Assembly: GCA_016930595.1 (NCBI GenBank)
Contig: JAFGGJ010000067.1
Span: 2,275-66,274, forward strand
DNA: 64,000 nucleotides
From: Planctomycetota bacterium
GTDB taxonomy: Bacteria > Planctomycetota > SZUA-567 > JAFGGJ01
Direction of reading: 5' to 3'
The translations under genes were made by a program, and so were the position numbers. Of the stretch, positions 1 through 10,599 are shown piece by piece. Positions within the stretch are counted from its first letter, which is position 1, and every line of letters begins with the position of its first letter. The notes beneath the pieces were generated by a model, which searched no databases, was not told the DNA's origin, and worked only from the letters and a program-made list of their open reading frames with translations.

Positions 1-33
1 ACACTCGCGGCGGCGCTGGGAAAGGAGACCGCA

Positions 34-1326
34 ATGCCCAAGTCATCGCAAAAGACCGGCGGCGACACCGCATGGTTCACCCACGATCGTTTCGGCATGT
101 TCATACACTGGGGCATTTACGCGTCCGCGGCCCGGCACGAATGGGTCAAGAACCGCGAGCGGCTCACGGACGAACACTACTCGCGCTACTTCGACCATTT
201 CGACCCGGATCTCTATGACCCGGCCGCATGGGCCCGCGAAGCGCGCAACGCCGGCATGAAATACTTCGTCGTGACGTCCAAGCACCACGACGGCTTCTGC
301 CTGTGGGACTCCGCCCTGACCGACTATAAGGCCCCCAATACCCCGGCCGCCCGGGATCTGCTGAAACCCATGGTCGAAGCCTTCCGCTCCGAAGGACTGA
401 AGACCGGCTTCTACCATTCGCTCATCGACTGGCATCATCCCGAATTCCCCGTCGACGGCCTGCACCCCCGCCGCGACGACGCCGACTTCCGCAACGCCAA
501 CAAGGACCGTGATATCAATAAATACGTCGAATATCTGCACGGCCAGACACGCGAACTCCTCTCCTCCCTCGGCAGGATCGACGTCATGTGGTTCGACTTT
601 TCCTATTCCGGCAGCGACTGGGGCTGGTCCAAAGGCAAAGGCAAGGACGACTGGCAGTCCGAAAAACTCATAGAACTCGTCCGCAGCCTTCAGCCGCATA
701 TCGTCCTGAACGACCGCCTTGAAATCGGCGGCGATATCAGGACGCCGGAACAGTACCAGCCGAGGGAATGGCTCACCGTCGACGGCAAACCGGTCGTCTG
801 GGAAGCCTGCCAGACATTCAGCGGCAGCTGGGGGTATTATCGCGACGAGTACACCTGGAAATCCGTCGACATGCTTGTCCAGATGCTCATCGACACCGTG
901 TCCAAAGGCGGCAACCTGCTCTTGAACGTAGGGCCTAATGCACGCGGGGAATTCGATCCGCGCGCCGTCGAGCGTCTTCGCGGCATGGGTGAATGGATGC
1001 GTCTGCACTCGCGCTCCATCTACGGATGCACCGCTTCCGGATTCACTCCGCCGCCGGACTGCCGCTACACGCAGAACGGCCGCCGCCTCTACCTCCACCT
1101 CTTCGCGTGGCCGTTCAAGCACGTGCATCTCGACGGGTTGGCCGGAAAGGTGGAATACGCCCAACTCCTCAACGACGCCTCGGAAATCGCCATGCGCGAA
1201 ATCGATCCTCACGCCCAGGTCCAGAACACGACGATGTCCGGCTCTGCCGGCACCCTCACCCTCGAAATCCCTGTCCGGAAACCGCCTGTCGCCGTCCCCG
1301 TTATCGAACTCTTCCTGAAGGGATGA
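34..1326 (+). CDS. alpha-L-fucosidase, glycoside hydrolase family 29
   Basis: 430-aa ORF with GH29 blocks FGMFIHWGIYA and KHHDGFCLWDS. RBS aaaggaga at 21-28. No N-terminal signal peptide. Confidence 0.9.
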   Translation: MPKSSQKTGGDTAWFTHDRFGMFIHWGIYASAARHEWVKNRERLTDEHYSRYFDHFDPDLYDPAAWAREARNAGMKYFVVTSKHHDGFCLWDSALTDYKAPNTPAARDLLKPMVEAFRSEGLKTGFYHSLIDWHHPEFPVDGLHPRRDDADFRNANKDRDINKYVEYLHGQTRELLSSLGRIDVMWFDFSYSGSDWGWSKGKGKDDWQSEKLIELVRSLQPHIVLNDRLEIGGDIRTPEQYQPREWLTVDGKPVVWEACQTFSGSWGYYRDEYTWKSVDMLVQMLIDTVSKGGNLLLNVGPNARGEFDPRAVERLRGMGEWMRLHSRSIYGCTASGFTPPPDCRYTQNGRRLYLHLFAWPFKHVHLDGLAGKVEYAQLLNDASEIAMREIDPHAQVQNTTMSGSAGTLTLEIPVRKPPVAVPVIELFLKG

Positions 1327-1341
1327 CTCCCGCCCCGTTCG

Positions 1342-2337
1342 TCACTGCGCCGCCTTGGCGCAGTACTCCGCCAGCAGCCGCACGTAGACCCTGTAGTTCT
1401 CCAGCGGGACGTCGGGCGGTGTCTGGTGGTCCACCGAAGGAATGAATCCCCCCTGCGTCATGACCGGCAGCAGCCGTTCGAATTCCTTCCGCATCGCGTC
1501 CTCGCCGTTCTTCATCACCATCTTGTCGAACGCCCCGATCATCCTCCATTCCGGATGCGCCGCCCTTATCGCCCCCACGTCCACACCGGCCATCCTCTCG
1601 TACGGCAGAAGCCCCTCTATGCCCGCGTCCTCCAGCCACGGTATCAACTTGGTGACGTCGCCGTCGGAATCGACCATCGGGATTATGCCGTGCCGCTTCA
1701 GCACCGGCACCACCTCGCGGTAATACGGCAGCAGGAATTCATCGAACAGTTCCCTGGAAAGCATCGGCCCGTTGTTGTACGACATGTCTTCGCCGAACGT
1801 CATGAATTCCGGGACGCACACCTTCTCGCAGAATTCCTCAACCGCCCTCACGTTGAACGCAGCGAGGTCCCGGTTCATCGTGTGCATGAGCTCCGCCTGG
1901 TCATAAAAAGCGTACAGGTGCGCCTCGATCCCCAGCAGCGTCCGGGGGAACCAGAAGAACCCGTCGAGCGAAATCCACACCACCATCTCGCCCCTGCCGT
2001 GCGCTTCGGCCCACCCGCGGTACAGATCCCCGTCCACTGCCGGATCAGGATAGAGCACTTCCCGGATCGCCATGTAGTCGTCCATGTTCCCGACTATCCC
2101 GGCACCGTGCCTTTCGGGCGAAGGACAATTCCGGCAACGAGGCCATATCCATAGCTGCCGGTACGGATCGAGCCCCAGGCTTTCGCGTATCTCGCCGGCA
2201 TCGCCCGAACCGCGGGGCAGCCCCTCCCCGTACCACCTCTCCAGCGTCCTGTCCCACCAGACCGCCCACTCGATCATGGGCAGCCGGTCGAAAGGCTCGA
2301 ATCCCATCACTGCCTTGAACCTGTCCACGTGATTCAT
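1342..2337 (-). CDS. uroporphyrinogen decarboxylase (URO-D/MtaA) family protein, paralogue A
   Basis: 331-aa ORF with N-terminal FEPFDRLPMIEW motif typical of the URO-D fold family. Has DSDGDVTKLIPWLEDAGIEG where relatives have HxCGN. Last gene of the minus-strand operon 7028->1342. Confidence 0.65.
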   Translation of the reverse strand: MNHVDRFKAVMGFEPFDRLPMIEWAVWWDRTLERWYGEGLPRGSGDAGEIRESLGLDPYRQLWIWPRCRNCPSPERHGAGIVGNMDDYMAIREVLYPDPAVDGDLYRGWAEAHGRGEMVVWISLDGFFWFPRTLLGIEAHLYAFYDQAELMHTMNRDLAAFNVRAVEEFCEKVCVPEFMTFGEDMSYNNGPMLSRELFDEFLLPYYREVVPVLKRHGIIPMVDSDGDVTKLIPWLEDAGIEGLLPYERMAGVDVGAIRAAHPEWRMIGAFDKMVMKNGEDAMRKEFERLLPVMTQGGFIPSVDHQTPPDVPLENYRVYVRLLAEYCAKAAQ

Positions 2338-2349
2338 GCCGGCCTCGTT

Positions 2350-4680
2350 TCACTCAAGCCTTATACCCTTATCGTCTATGTCATAACGCCGGCCGTCAAC
2401 GACAACCACGGCAAGTGCATCCGTTGCAATATCCTCGTATTCGATCCTGCCGGTCTCTCGTACCAACATCAGGTCTTCTCCTATGCGTGCAACTTCGATG
2501 GAACCTTCAAAATCAGATTCAACATCGGCCCGCTTGATTGTCCCGTGGCCCGGCGCAAGAACTACTCCCAAGTTCCCTCTCTCCTTTAGATCCACGCAGC
2601 AGAATCTTAAGTTGTGTTGCAATAAAATGTCGCCTTTCTTCCAGTTGCGTGGTGGAGGATCCCAGCCCTCGGTGACAGAAAAAAAAGAGTTTCTGTGCTG
2701 CATGAAGGTCCCCTCCAGCTGGCTCCCCTCACGCTCTACAATAAACTTCTTGCTCTCCTCATTGACATTGAATTCCCCCAACGAATGTATGTTCCACTCC
2801 AGCCCGCCGACTAGGCCGTACCGGCCGATATACTCGTCCACCAGAAAAAACACCTTGTGTTTCTTGAGAAAACACACGTGCCTCCGGCACCGCTGCGCTA
2901 TATGCTCGTAACTCTTGTCCGCGTTGCCTGCCATGTATGTCAAGCGGTCGTCTTCGTAGGCGTTTTCTATGCGGCCCAGTGATTCCCTTGACCGCATTCT
3001 CTGGCCGGCGCCGGATACGGTCAAGCAGTTGTGCGACTTGGTATGCCACACCCAGGAAGAATGGTGTGCCGAACCGTAGCCATCGTAGTAGCCGCTTGGC
3101 ATGGCCAGGACCTTGCCTCCGACATGCAGGATGAAATCATTGTTGTCTGCATGGCTGTGACTGAATGAACCGTAAGGACACGACCTGAAGATGAACGCTA
3201 TATCACGGGCAGGATTATCAACATCCGTCCTTATCGCCGCCCATCCGGCACCTGGATAAATCTTCAGCATGCCCTTGTCTTCACATCTTGCCCGCCTTTC
3301 CGCACCGTCAGAACGGATGTGGAGAAGCGCATCGGTCGCACGGCCGTCAAAGCCTTTGCCGCCATCCATCTTCCAGGCTGTCTCACGCAGAGCAGTAATG
3401 TAGGAATCATTCTCTGCCGCACCGGTTTCCACGTTTATGAGTTCCACCAGATTGGCCGTGCCCCTTTTTGAACCTGCCGACGCCACACCACAATCGCCGA
3501 ATCCGTACCACTCGGCATAGAACGGCTGACAGTAACGGCGCCAGTGCGCATGGTTACGCCAGAAAGGACGCTTGTACAAATCAATGCCGGTAAGCTTTTT
3601 CAGCGCACTGGCAAAGTACGTCATTATTCCGATGTATGCCTGGCCGTACAGCGGCCCTTCGGACCAAGCACCGTCATCCCCTGCCCAGATAGGCCATATG
3701 CCGCACAACACCGGCCTGAGCCATTCAAGCCACTCATGCGCCTCATGAATGTGTTCGCCGAATACAAACGCTATCATTGCCAGGAATACGATCTCACGGC
3801 CGGCATGCGAATCAAAACGCGTCACTCCGTACGAACCTTTGTTGTGCATGTGCTCATAGTTGATTTCACCCCGCCGTCTGAATTGCCGGATCACTGTCTC
3901 CAGTTCCTCGTCGGTAAAGTGTTCCCAGACCCAGTCACATGTCATCGGGCCATGCCAGATTACGGACATATGGGCTTCGTCGTTGTGATCTATGTGGCTG
4001 GATCCGTCGGGGTCCCACCTTGAAATGGATGCCATGCGCCTGCAGGCGGCCCTCGCATACACGGCATCACCGGATACCAGGTATGCCAGAGCAAGCGTTT
4101 CCGCATCGTTTACAAACCGGCGCGAACTCGCCAGCACCTGGTGCCAGACGGTAAAATACTTTTCGTAGAAACGAGCCCTGTCCGCAAGGTAAGGAGGCTC
4201 TTCGATCTCATGCGGTTCCTCGAGAAGCTTGTCGGCAACTGTTTTCAAGTCGCTCCACAGTGCCGATGCTGGCCCCCGGCCACGTTCACGAAATGCTTCC
4301 ACTTCATCCGGCTTGATATATATCCTGGGATGCTCCTGGGGCAGTGCTTTGAGCCATTGCTCAACAGGAGGTACCTCCACTACAACGCTGTCTTGTGTTA
4401 TCTCGAAGTGAAACACTTCGGATTCACACCCGCCGCAGGACCACTTCCACCAGTATTCTCCGAGAGCAAAGGCTTCCTCGGGCAGCCACACCGGTTCGAC
4501 AAGCCCTTTCAGATACATGCCGATATCGGAAAAATCGGGATCACGTGCAATCGTCAACTCGCATGGTTCCCCATCCTTCAGTGGCTTCCAGACGAATACT
4601 GGCGGATTTGTCCCCGGCCTCACACCGTCGCGAGGCTGCCGCGGGTCCACATGCGGATGCGGATTGCGCTGTTCCTTCAT
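2350..4680 (-). CDS. heparinase II/III-like protein (DUF4962-type N-terminus)
   Basis: 776-aa ORF with PPVFVWKP N-terminal block, NDEAHMSVIWHGPMTCDWVW, and C-terminal SHSHADNNDFILHVGGKVL block of the heparinase II/III family. No signal peptide. Confidence 0.75.
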   Translation of the reverse strand: MKEQRNPHPHVDPRQPRDGVRPGTNPPVFVWKPLKDGEPCELTIARDPDFSDIGMYLKGLVEPVWLPEEAFALGEYWWKWSCGGCESEVFHFEITQDSVVVEVPPVEQWLKALPQEHPRIYIKPDEVEAFRERGRGPASALWSDLKTVADKLLEEPHEIEEPPYLADRARFYEKYFTVWHQVLASSRRFVNDAETLALAYLVSGDAVYARAACRRMASISRWDPDGSSHIDHNDEAHMSVIWHGPMTCDWVWEHFTDEELETVIRQFRRRGEINYEHMHNKGSYGVTRFDSHAGREIVFLAMIAFVFGEHIHEAHEWLEWLRPVLCGIWPIWAGDDGAWSEGPLYGQAYIGIMTYFASALKKLTGIDLYKRPFWRNHAHWRRYCQPFYAEWYGFGDCGVASAGSKRGTANLVELINVETGAAENDSYITALRETAWKMDGGKGFDGRATDALLHIRSDGAERRARCEDKGMLKIYPGAGWAAIRTDVDNPARDIAFIFRSCPYGSFSHSHADNNDFILHVGGKVLAMPSGYYDGYGSAHHSSWVWHTKSHNCLTVSGAGQRMRSRESLGRIENAYEDDRLTYMAGNADKSYEHIAQRCRRHVCFLKKHKVFFLVDEYIGRYGLVGGLEWNIHSLGEFNVNEESKKFIVEREGSQLEGTFMQHRNSFFSVTEGWDPPPRNWKKGDILLQHNLRFCCVDLKERGNLGVVLAPGHGTIKRADVESDFEGSIEVARIGEDLMLVRETGRIEYEDIATDALAVVVVDGRRYDIDDKGIRLE

Positions 4681-4712
4681 GGCGTTGACCCTTCCCTGCT
4701 AATGCCCGCGTT

Positions 4713-7028
4713 TCATGAACGTGGCGCCGATACAGCGCCGATCTCGAGTTTCAACCTGGATTCCACCCCGCCCGCCCGCAGAAGCAGTTCGACAACGTCC
4801 CCGCATCCGCCCGCCAATCCCTCCGCTCGCAGCGTCATCTCAGGACACATCCCGGTGCCGCAAACCCTTGCCTCGAATGCGCCCGGCTTACCGCGGTCGG
4901 CGCACCATCCCTCGACGATGATCGGCGCTGCAGACGGAACGCCCCTGAACGGCACGAGCACGTACACGGCTTCGTGCGGCAGCCGCCCCCTCCATTTGAA
5001 CGACAGCACCGGCCGTTCGCACGGAAAACCGAAATGCGTGCAGAACCCGCTCGTCACCGATACCCCCTCCATTGCAGCGCCGTCCCGGACGGGCAGGCCG
5101 GTCACCTGCAGGTTGGCGTCGGAATCCCCGTGCTCTATGGCCCTGCACGCGTCTTCGCTCGTCATCGCCATGCGGGACTGTTCACCCATCCGGCACAGCC
5201 GGTCCCCTGGATGATGCATCGACCACCCCGTCAGGCCTTCCGCGCTGGCCCTCCCGCCGGGAGCGTGCAGGTTGAACCTTGTTTCCGTAACACGGTTCGG
5301 CGCGGGCTCGTTCAGGGCGTGGTCCGGTTCGGCGCCCTCCGGCGTGCCTTTGTGCACCAGCCGGTCCCATACGAACCAGACGCCCCCGCCGCCTTCACGC
5401 CCTTCCGGCAGGCACAGTATCAGCGCCCTCCGGTTCGCATGATTTTCCAGCAGGTGGTGCTCGGCCATCGCCATGCTGATTCGCCCGCACGCGCTTTCCT
5501 GCAGCAGCTTCAGACGCACGCCCGACCGGGTCTCGTGTCGAGGTCCGCTGGACCTCAGGTGCCCCAGCCTCAACAGGGAATGCGCTTCCTCGCCCTGTGA
5601 CCGCTCGTTGTCGCCGGGGTTGTACCCCAGCGTGCCGGAATCCGAAAGCAGCTCGCGCCCGTACGCGTACAGGCACACCGCAAGACAGTCGTGGTGGGCG
5701 TGATTATGCGACTGCGCCGCGTTCAACAGGCCGTGGCACGCGTTCTCTATCCCCTTGCCGCCCTTTATGTGCATGAACCCTGCTTCTAGCAGCCCCTCCG
5801 AAAAATGCTCCCTCGCCCTGATATCCGGGTTCGGCATGTCCCGCCACTTCAGGAACCGCTCCTTCCCCATCATGAACGGCAGCAGCGGCCGTACCCGCTT
5901 GCTCCTTATCGCTCCGGCACGCTGTTTCAGGTCCGCCCTGTCGAACAGCGCCGCCCCCAGGTGCAGTATCTCGTGGTGCTCCATTTCGTGTTCGTGCGAC
6001 GCCCTGCCCCCCATGTCCCCTATCATGAAATACATCCCGTCCGGACGCATACTCGCCGCCGCCAGTTCGAACCCGGCCTCCACCTGCCGCCGCAGCGACG
6101 CAGGCGCACCGCCCGCCCGTTCATAAAGCACGTAGCAGTTTGTCAGCAGCCATTGGTTCACCCACTGGTAACTGAGTCCCTCCCCGTAGTACCCGTCGGG
6201 CGTCGCAAACGGCGGCGACACGTAGGCCCCGCCGTCGCCGAGCTTCCTGTCCATCAGTCTCTTCCACTTGGGAGCGTTCTTCAATTGAGGAAACACGAAA
6301 GCGGTGCTCAACATCCCCACCAGTCCGTGCAGCGGTATGTTGTATGCAGGGTCGTCCTTGAAACCCCGGTATAACACTTCCGATACGTGTGCCAGGTAGC
6401 TTATAATGTATTTCTTTTCTTCCCTCCCCCACGCATCCCATAACATGGGCGCCACGCCGCAGAGAGTCTCGGCGATATGCGATACTCCCAGCGTGCTCCC
6501 GATGTTCCCCCATGCCGGATGCCACGGGAGCACCGGCACGAAATCCTCCCCCCCGGCCTCTCCCAGTTCCACCGACAGGCCCTCCAGCCTGTACAACAGT
6601 TCCCCGGCCTGCGCGGCGTACCCGGCGTCCCCAGTCATCGCATAAAGCTGCCCCAGCACCAGCATCCCGCGCGCCCGGCGCATGAAATTCCTGACGTCCG
6701 CCACGTAGTCGTGATACTCCATGTACTTGTCCGGACGCCCGTACATGTCGTCACGTACTTGCCCCGAAGACGCGATCCTCAGGTACGTCTGCAGCTCCTC
6801 AACGGCATTGGGATGATCCTTCGCTACCGCCCTGCCTATCTCCGCCGCTTCCTGCCTGGTAATCCAGCACTTGAGTGGCCTGTCCGTCACCTCCGCCAGT
6901 ATCTCGTCCGCTGCCCGCCCGAACTCGCCGGCCGCCGCGTGCACGCGGGCCGGCGCCAGCCCTTCCAGGTCCAGGTCGAAAAGCCCTGTAAACTCTTTGT
7001 CGTCCGCTACATGCCGCATCTCCGTCAA
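4713..7028 (-). CDS. heparinase II/III family protein
   Basis: 771-aa ORF with alpha/alpha-toroid-like N-terminal half and SHNHAHHDCLAVCLYAYGRELLSDSG block. No signal peptide. First gene of the operon with 2350-4680 and 1342-2337. Confidence 0.7.
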   Translation of the reverse strand: MTEMRHVADDKEFTGLFDLDLEGLAPARVHAAAGEFGRAADEILAEVTDRPLKCWITRQEAAEIGRAVAKDHPNAVEELQTYLRIASSGQVRDDMYGRPDKYMEYHDYVADVRNFMRRARGMLVLGQLYAMTGDAGYAAQAGELLYRLEGLSVELGEAGGEDFVPVLPWHPAWGNIGSTLGVSHIAETLCGVAPMLWDAWGREEKKYIISYLAHVSEVLYRGFKDDPAYNIPLHGLVGMLSTAFVFPQLKNAPKWKRLMDRKLGDGGAYVSPPFATPDGYYGEGLSYQWVNQWLLTNCYVLYERAGGAPASLRRQVEAGFELAAASMRPDGMYFMIGDMGGRASHEHEMEHHEILHLGAALFDRADLKQRAGAIRSKRVRPLLPFMMGKERFLKWRDMPNPDIRAREHFSEGLLEAGFMHIKGGKGIENACHGLLNAAQSHNHAHHDCLAVCLYAYGRELLSDSGTLGYNPGDNERSQGEEAHSLLRLGHLRSSGPRHETRSGVRLKLLQESACGRISMAMAEHHLLENHANRRALILCLPEGREGGGGVWFVWDRLVHKGTPEGAEPDHALNEPAPNRVTETRFNLHAPGGRASAEGLTGWSMHHPGDRLCRMGEQSRMAMTSEDACRAIEHGDSDANLQVTGLPVRDGAAMEGVSVTSGFCTHFGFPCERPVLSFKWRGRLPHEAVYVLVPFRGVPSAAPIIVEGWCADRGKPGAFEARVCGTGMCPEMTLRAEGLAGGCGDVVELLLRAGGVESRLKLEIGAVSAPRS

Positions 7029-7193
7029 AACCTGTCCTCCTTGCTCAGACCGCCCTGCACGTCCGTACTATTAGCATCCGCCCATCTCCGCGCAATGTGT
7101 TTTACGCCTGTTTTGCCTTGTCGCCGCACTTCCCCGGCGACCCCGCACTGTCCGGCGCATTGCACGAACGCCCTGCGGGCGTATAGTTAAATC

Positions 7194-8093
7194 ATGGAAC
7201 CCGCCGCCTTGCAGACATCCATGAAAGACGACCGGTCGGCACGCATAAAGCGCGTGACGCTGATCGGTCTCGCCGTCAACCTTCTGCTCTCCGCCATCAA
7301 GCTCGCCGCGGGCATCCTGGGCGGGAGTCAGGCGGTCATCGCGGACTCCGTACACAGCCTGTCCGATTCCAGCACCGACGTGGCGATCCTGGTGGGTGTC
7401 AGGTTCTGGACGGCCCCGGCCGATGAACGCCACCCACATGGCCATGGCAGAATCGAATACATCATCACGCTTCTGATCGCGGCCGTCCTTGCAGCCGTCG
7501 CCGCCGGCCTGGCCTATAACGCCTATTCGAGCCTCTACGAAAGACACGATACCCCTCCCTCCTGGGTCGCTTTCGCCGCCGCCGTGGCATCTATCGCCGT
7601 CAAGGAAATCCTGTACAGGTGGACCGTGGCGACCGGCAGACGCATCAAGTCCTCCGCGGTCATCGCCAACGCCTGGCACCACCGCTCCGATGCGCTCAGC
7701 TCCCTCCCCGCCGCCATCGCCGTTGCGGTCGCCGTGCTGCGCCCGGACCTCTATTTCATCGACCACGTGGGCGCCGCCGTCGTTTCGCTTTTCATCCTCC
7801 AGGCCGCCTGGAAAATAGCCCGTCCCGTCCTGGGCCGCCTCGCAGATGCCGGAGCGTCCCCAGAAGAACTCCAGGCCATTACCGATATCGCCTCTTCCGT
7901 CCAGGGCGTCGATACCGTCCACGCCGTCCGTACCCGCTACATAGGAGCCGGTCTCGGCGTCGACCTTCATATCCATGTCGACGGCGCCTTGTCGGTCCGC
8001 CGCGGGCACGAAATCTCGGAAATCGTTACTAAACGCCTTATCGACGACGGTCCCGACGTCCTCGACGTCGTCGTCCACATCGAACCCCGATGA
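7194..8093 (+). CDS. cation diffusion facilitator (CDF) family metal efflux transporter
   Basis: 299-aa ORF with HSLSDSSTDV and HPHGHGRIEY motifs, six predicted TM helices, and a C-terminal cytoplasmic domain. Confidence 0.9.
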   Translation: MEPAALQTSMKDDRSARIKRVTLIGLAVNLLLSAIKLAAGILGGSQAVIADSVHSLSDSSTDVAILVGVRFWTAPADERHPHGHGRIEYIITLLIAAVLAAVAAGLAYNAYSSLYERHDTPPSWVAFAAAVASIAVKEILYRWTVATGRRIKSSAVIANAWHHRSDALSSLPAAIAVAVAVLRPDLYFIDHVGAAVVSLFILQAAWKIARPVLGRLADAGASPEELQAITDIASSVQGVDTVHAVRTRYIGAGLGVDLHIHVDGALSVRRGHEISEIVTKRLIDDGPDVLDVVVHIEPR

Positions 8094-9091
8094 CTGGAAA
8101 CGCCATGCCGGTCCCGCGTATCTGTATCGTAGGCTGCGGCAACTGGTCCACGCGTCTTCATCTCCCGGCAATACTCGGCCTCGTCAAGGCGGGTCTCGTC
8201 TCCTGCGCCGGCGTCTGCGACCTGAACAGAGACGCCGCAGCGGACTACGCGGCGGCACTCGGCACCGGCGCCGTCTACACCGAAGCCGCCGCCATGCTCG
8301 ACCGCTGCCGCCCCGACGGCCTGGCCATTGTCGTCGATTGCGAAGCGTCTCCGCGCCTTGCAATGCTCTCCATTGAAAAACGCGTCCCGTTCCTCATCGA
8401 AAAACCCCCCGCCCCCGATACCCCCACCCACGCGGATCTCCTGTCCGCCGTGGCCGGCCTCCCCCATGTCGTGGCCTACAACCGCCGCCATTCCCCCTAT
8501 GTGTCCCGTGCCGCCCAATGGATGGCCGGACATGTGCCTCAAGTGGTCACGGCCCTCATGACCCGCCATGGGAGACGCGAACCCGACTTCTCCACAACTG
8601 CCGTCCACGCCGTCGACACGGCGCTCTTCCTCGCCGGCGGCCGGCTCGCGTCCGCCCGTATCGAAGCAGTAAAGGTCTCCGGCGTATTCAACTTCTTCAT
8701 CTCCGCCGTCAACGATATCGGCACGCGCATCGCTATCACGATCACGCCCGATACGGCTTCCGCTCAGGAGCACTACGCCGTCAGGTCCCTGGATCGCAGC
8801 GCTGTCGTGCTGTTCCCTCATCCGGGAGTGATCGATTATCCCGGCAGGCTGGACCTGCACGAAAAAAATTCGATCGCTGCACGCCTTGAACCCGGGGATT
8901 TCGGCATCCGCCACGATGATGAGCCGGCCCTTGCAGGCATTTCCGGCGAATACCGCCTTTTCCTGGATATCCTGTCGGGCGCGGCCGAACCGGTCTCCAC
9001 TCTCCTCACTTCCCTCGATACCCAGTTGATCCGGGCCTCCATCATGAACCTGGCCGGAAAAAACGGCGGCGTTCAAGAAATATCCCCCTGA
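8090..9091 (+). CDS. Gfo/Idh/MocA family oxidoreductase
   Basis: 333-aa ORF with Rossmann N-terminus ICIVGCGNWS and an EKP motif (FLIEKPPA). ATGA overlap with the CDF stop. Alternative ATG at 8105. Confidence 0.7.
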   Translation: MTGNAMPVPRICIVGCGNWSTRLHLPAILGLVKAGLVSCAGVCDLNRDAAADYAAALGTGAVYTEAAAMLDRCRPDGLAIVVDCEASPRLAMLSIEKRVPFLIEKPPAPDTPTHADLLSAVAGLPHVVAYNRRHSPYVSRAAQWMAGHVPQVVTALMTRHGRREPDFSTTAVHAVDTALFLAGGRLASARIEAVKVSGVFNFFISAVNDIGTRIAITITPDTASAQEHYAVRSLDRSAVVLFPHPGVIDYPGRLDLHEKNSIAARLEPGDFGIRHDDEPALAGISGEYRLFLDILSGAAEPVSTLLTSLDTQLIRASIMNLAGKNGGVQEISP

Positions 9092-9114
9092 CGCCGCCCG
9101 CCGTCACCCCCCTA

Positions 9115-10599
9115 TTAGATATCCAGCCTGACCGTCACGGCGCTGCGGTTTCCCGACGTATCCTCCGCCTCCACCGTGAATTCCTGCCCGTCGGTGAATA
9201 CCAGCGCAGGCGACGTGAACGTCCCCCCGCCGTAACCGTACTCCACCCCGTCTATCCAGATATGCGGCGCCACGCCGCCCGGATCCGACACCGTGACCGA
9301 AATCTGCACTTCCCCGGCCGCCACTGCCGGCGGAATGCTCTCCGGCACGAGCGACTTGAAGCCGTTGCCTATCGTCCAGCCCGGGTTGCCTCCGCCCGTG
9401 TATTCGTAGGCGCCAACGTCGGGCACGGCGTTGTAAGGCCGCACTGTCCCGTTGAAATCATCCGCTGGGAAAACCGCGCTATCCCCGTTGTCCGCCAGGT
9501 CGCCCCCTCCGGCCGGGAACAGGAATCCCGCATCCCCGAAATTCGTGCTCTGGAAAACCCCCGTCGTGTCTTCCGACGTCAGGTTACCGCCGGTCGCCCA
9601 TCCCCCGCCGGTCGGGTAGTGAATCTCGCACCTGTAGCACGCGTTGTTGTACGCCTCGCAGCCGGACCCGGTGGCCATGTAGAGGCCTTCGCTGTCGCAT
9701 CTGAAGAACGTGTTGTTATTCACCTTCAGGTCTTCGATCGCGTGGCCGTCGTAGACGTTCGTGTGAAAACCCATCCCGCTGTCGAACACTATGTTGTTCT
9801 CCACCACCGCGTCGGCGCACGACCATATGCCGGGCGTCGTGCTCGAATTGTCGTAGCGCGGCACGTTCCAGATGACGTTCCGCCGCACGACGTTGTCGCA
9901 GGAATCGTCAAGCCCCGTGAAATAAACGGCTATCCCCGCCCTCGACGACCCCGCCACGTGGTGAAACACGTTGTCTTCGATGACGTTCGCATATCCCGGC
10001 ATCTTTATCTGGATGCCGTAGCCCGTCGTCGAATCCCCGCAGTGGTGCACGTAACTTCCCGCCAGCCGTGAATGGTGCACGGGACCGTCCCCGCCCGACC
10101 TGCCCCAGTAGCATCCGCAGCTCCCGCAGTACGCTATCTCGCAGTCCGTGACCTCCATGTATGACGTCTCGTAAGCCTGGACGTTGACGCCCACCCCCGT
10201 GACATCGTGTATGTAGCAGTTCTCTATGCTTATGTGATGCGAATTCGTATTTATCTTCACGCCGTCGTCGCCGCTCTTCAGCTCTAGGTTCTGCAGTTTA
10301 ACGTACGACGAATTATATAAATTCACGATGTTGACGGCCGCCCCTCCACCGTCCAGCACCACCGTTTCCCCGTCCGCCCCCTTGATCGTGAACCACTGCG
10401 ACGCACCGCCGTTCTTGCCAGAAATGTCGAAATCCCCCCCCGAATACGTGCCGGCGGAAAGCACCAGGGTGTCGCCGGGATTCAGGGCCGCCGCCTCGGC
10501 ATCCAGATCGGCCCCGGGATTTACCGTAACAGTCTGCGAAAACGCTCTCGACCCGCAGAAAATAGCCCCCAACATCGCTGGAATCAGCCAAAAACGCAT
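9115..10599 (-). CDS. secreted right-handed parallel beta-helix repeat protein (pectate-lyase fold)
   Basis: The ORF runs to 10683. ATG at 10599 gives signal peptide MRFWLIPAMLGAIFCGSRAFSQ and is preceded by GGAGGGA. Repeated N-x-x-I/V-x-N/D beta-helix rungs, with a C-terminal Ig-like domain. Confidence 0.7.
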   Translation of the reverse strand: MRFWLIPAMLGAIFCGSRAFSQTVTVNPGADLDAEAAALNPGDTLVLSAGTYSGGDFDISGKNGGASQWFTIKGADGETVVLDGGGAAVNIVNLYNSSYVKLQNLELKSGDDGVKINTNSHHISIENCYIHDVTGVGVNVQAYETSYMEVTDCEIAYCGSCGCYWGRSGGDGPVHHSRLAGSYVHHCGDSTTGYGIQIKMPGYANVIEDNVFHHVAGSSRAGIAVYFTGLDDSCDNVVRRNVIWNVPRYDNSSTTPGIWSCADAVVENNIVFDSGMGFHTNVYDGHAIEDLKVNNNTFFRCDSEGLYMATGSGCEAYNNACYRCEIHYPTGGGWATGGNLTSEDTTGVFQSTNFGDAGFLFPAGGGDLADNGDSAVFPADDFNGTVRPYNAVPDVGAYEYTGGGNPGWTIGNGFKSLVPESIPPAVAAGEVQISVTVSDPGGVAPHIWIDGVEYGYGGGTFTSPALVFTDGQEFTVEAEDTSGNRSAVTVRLDI

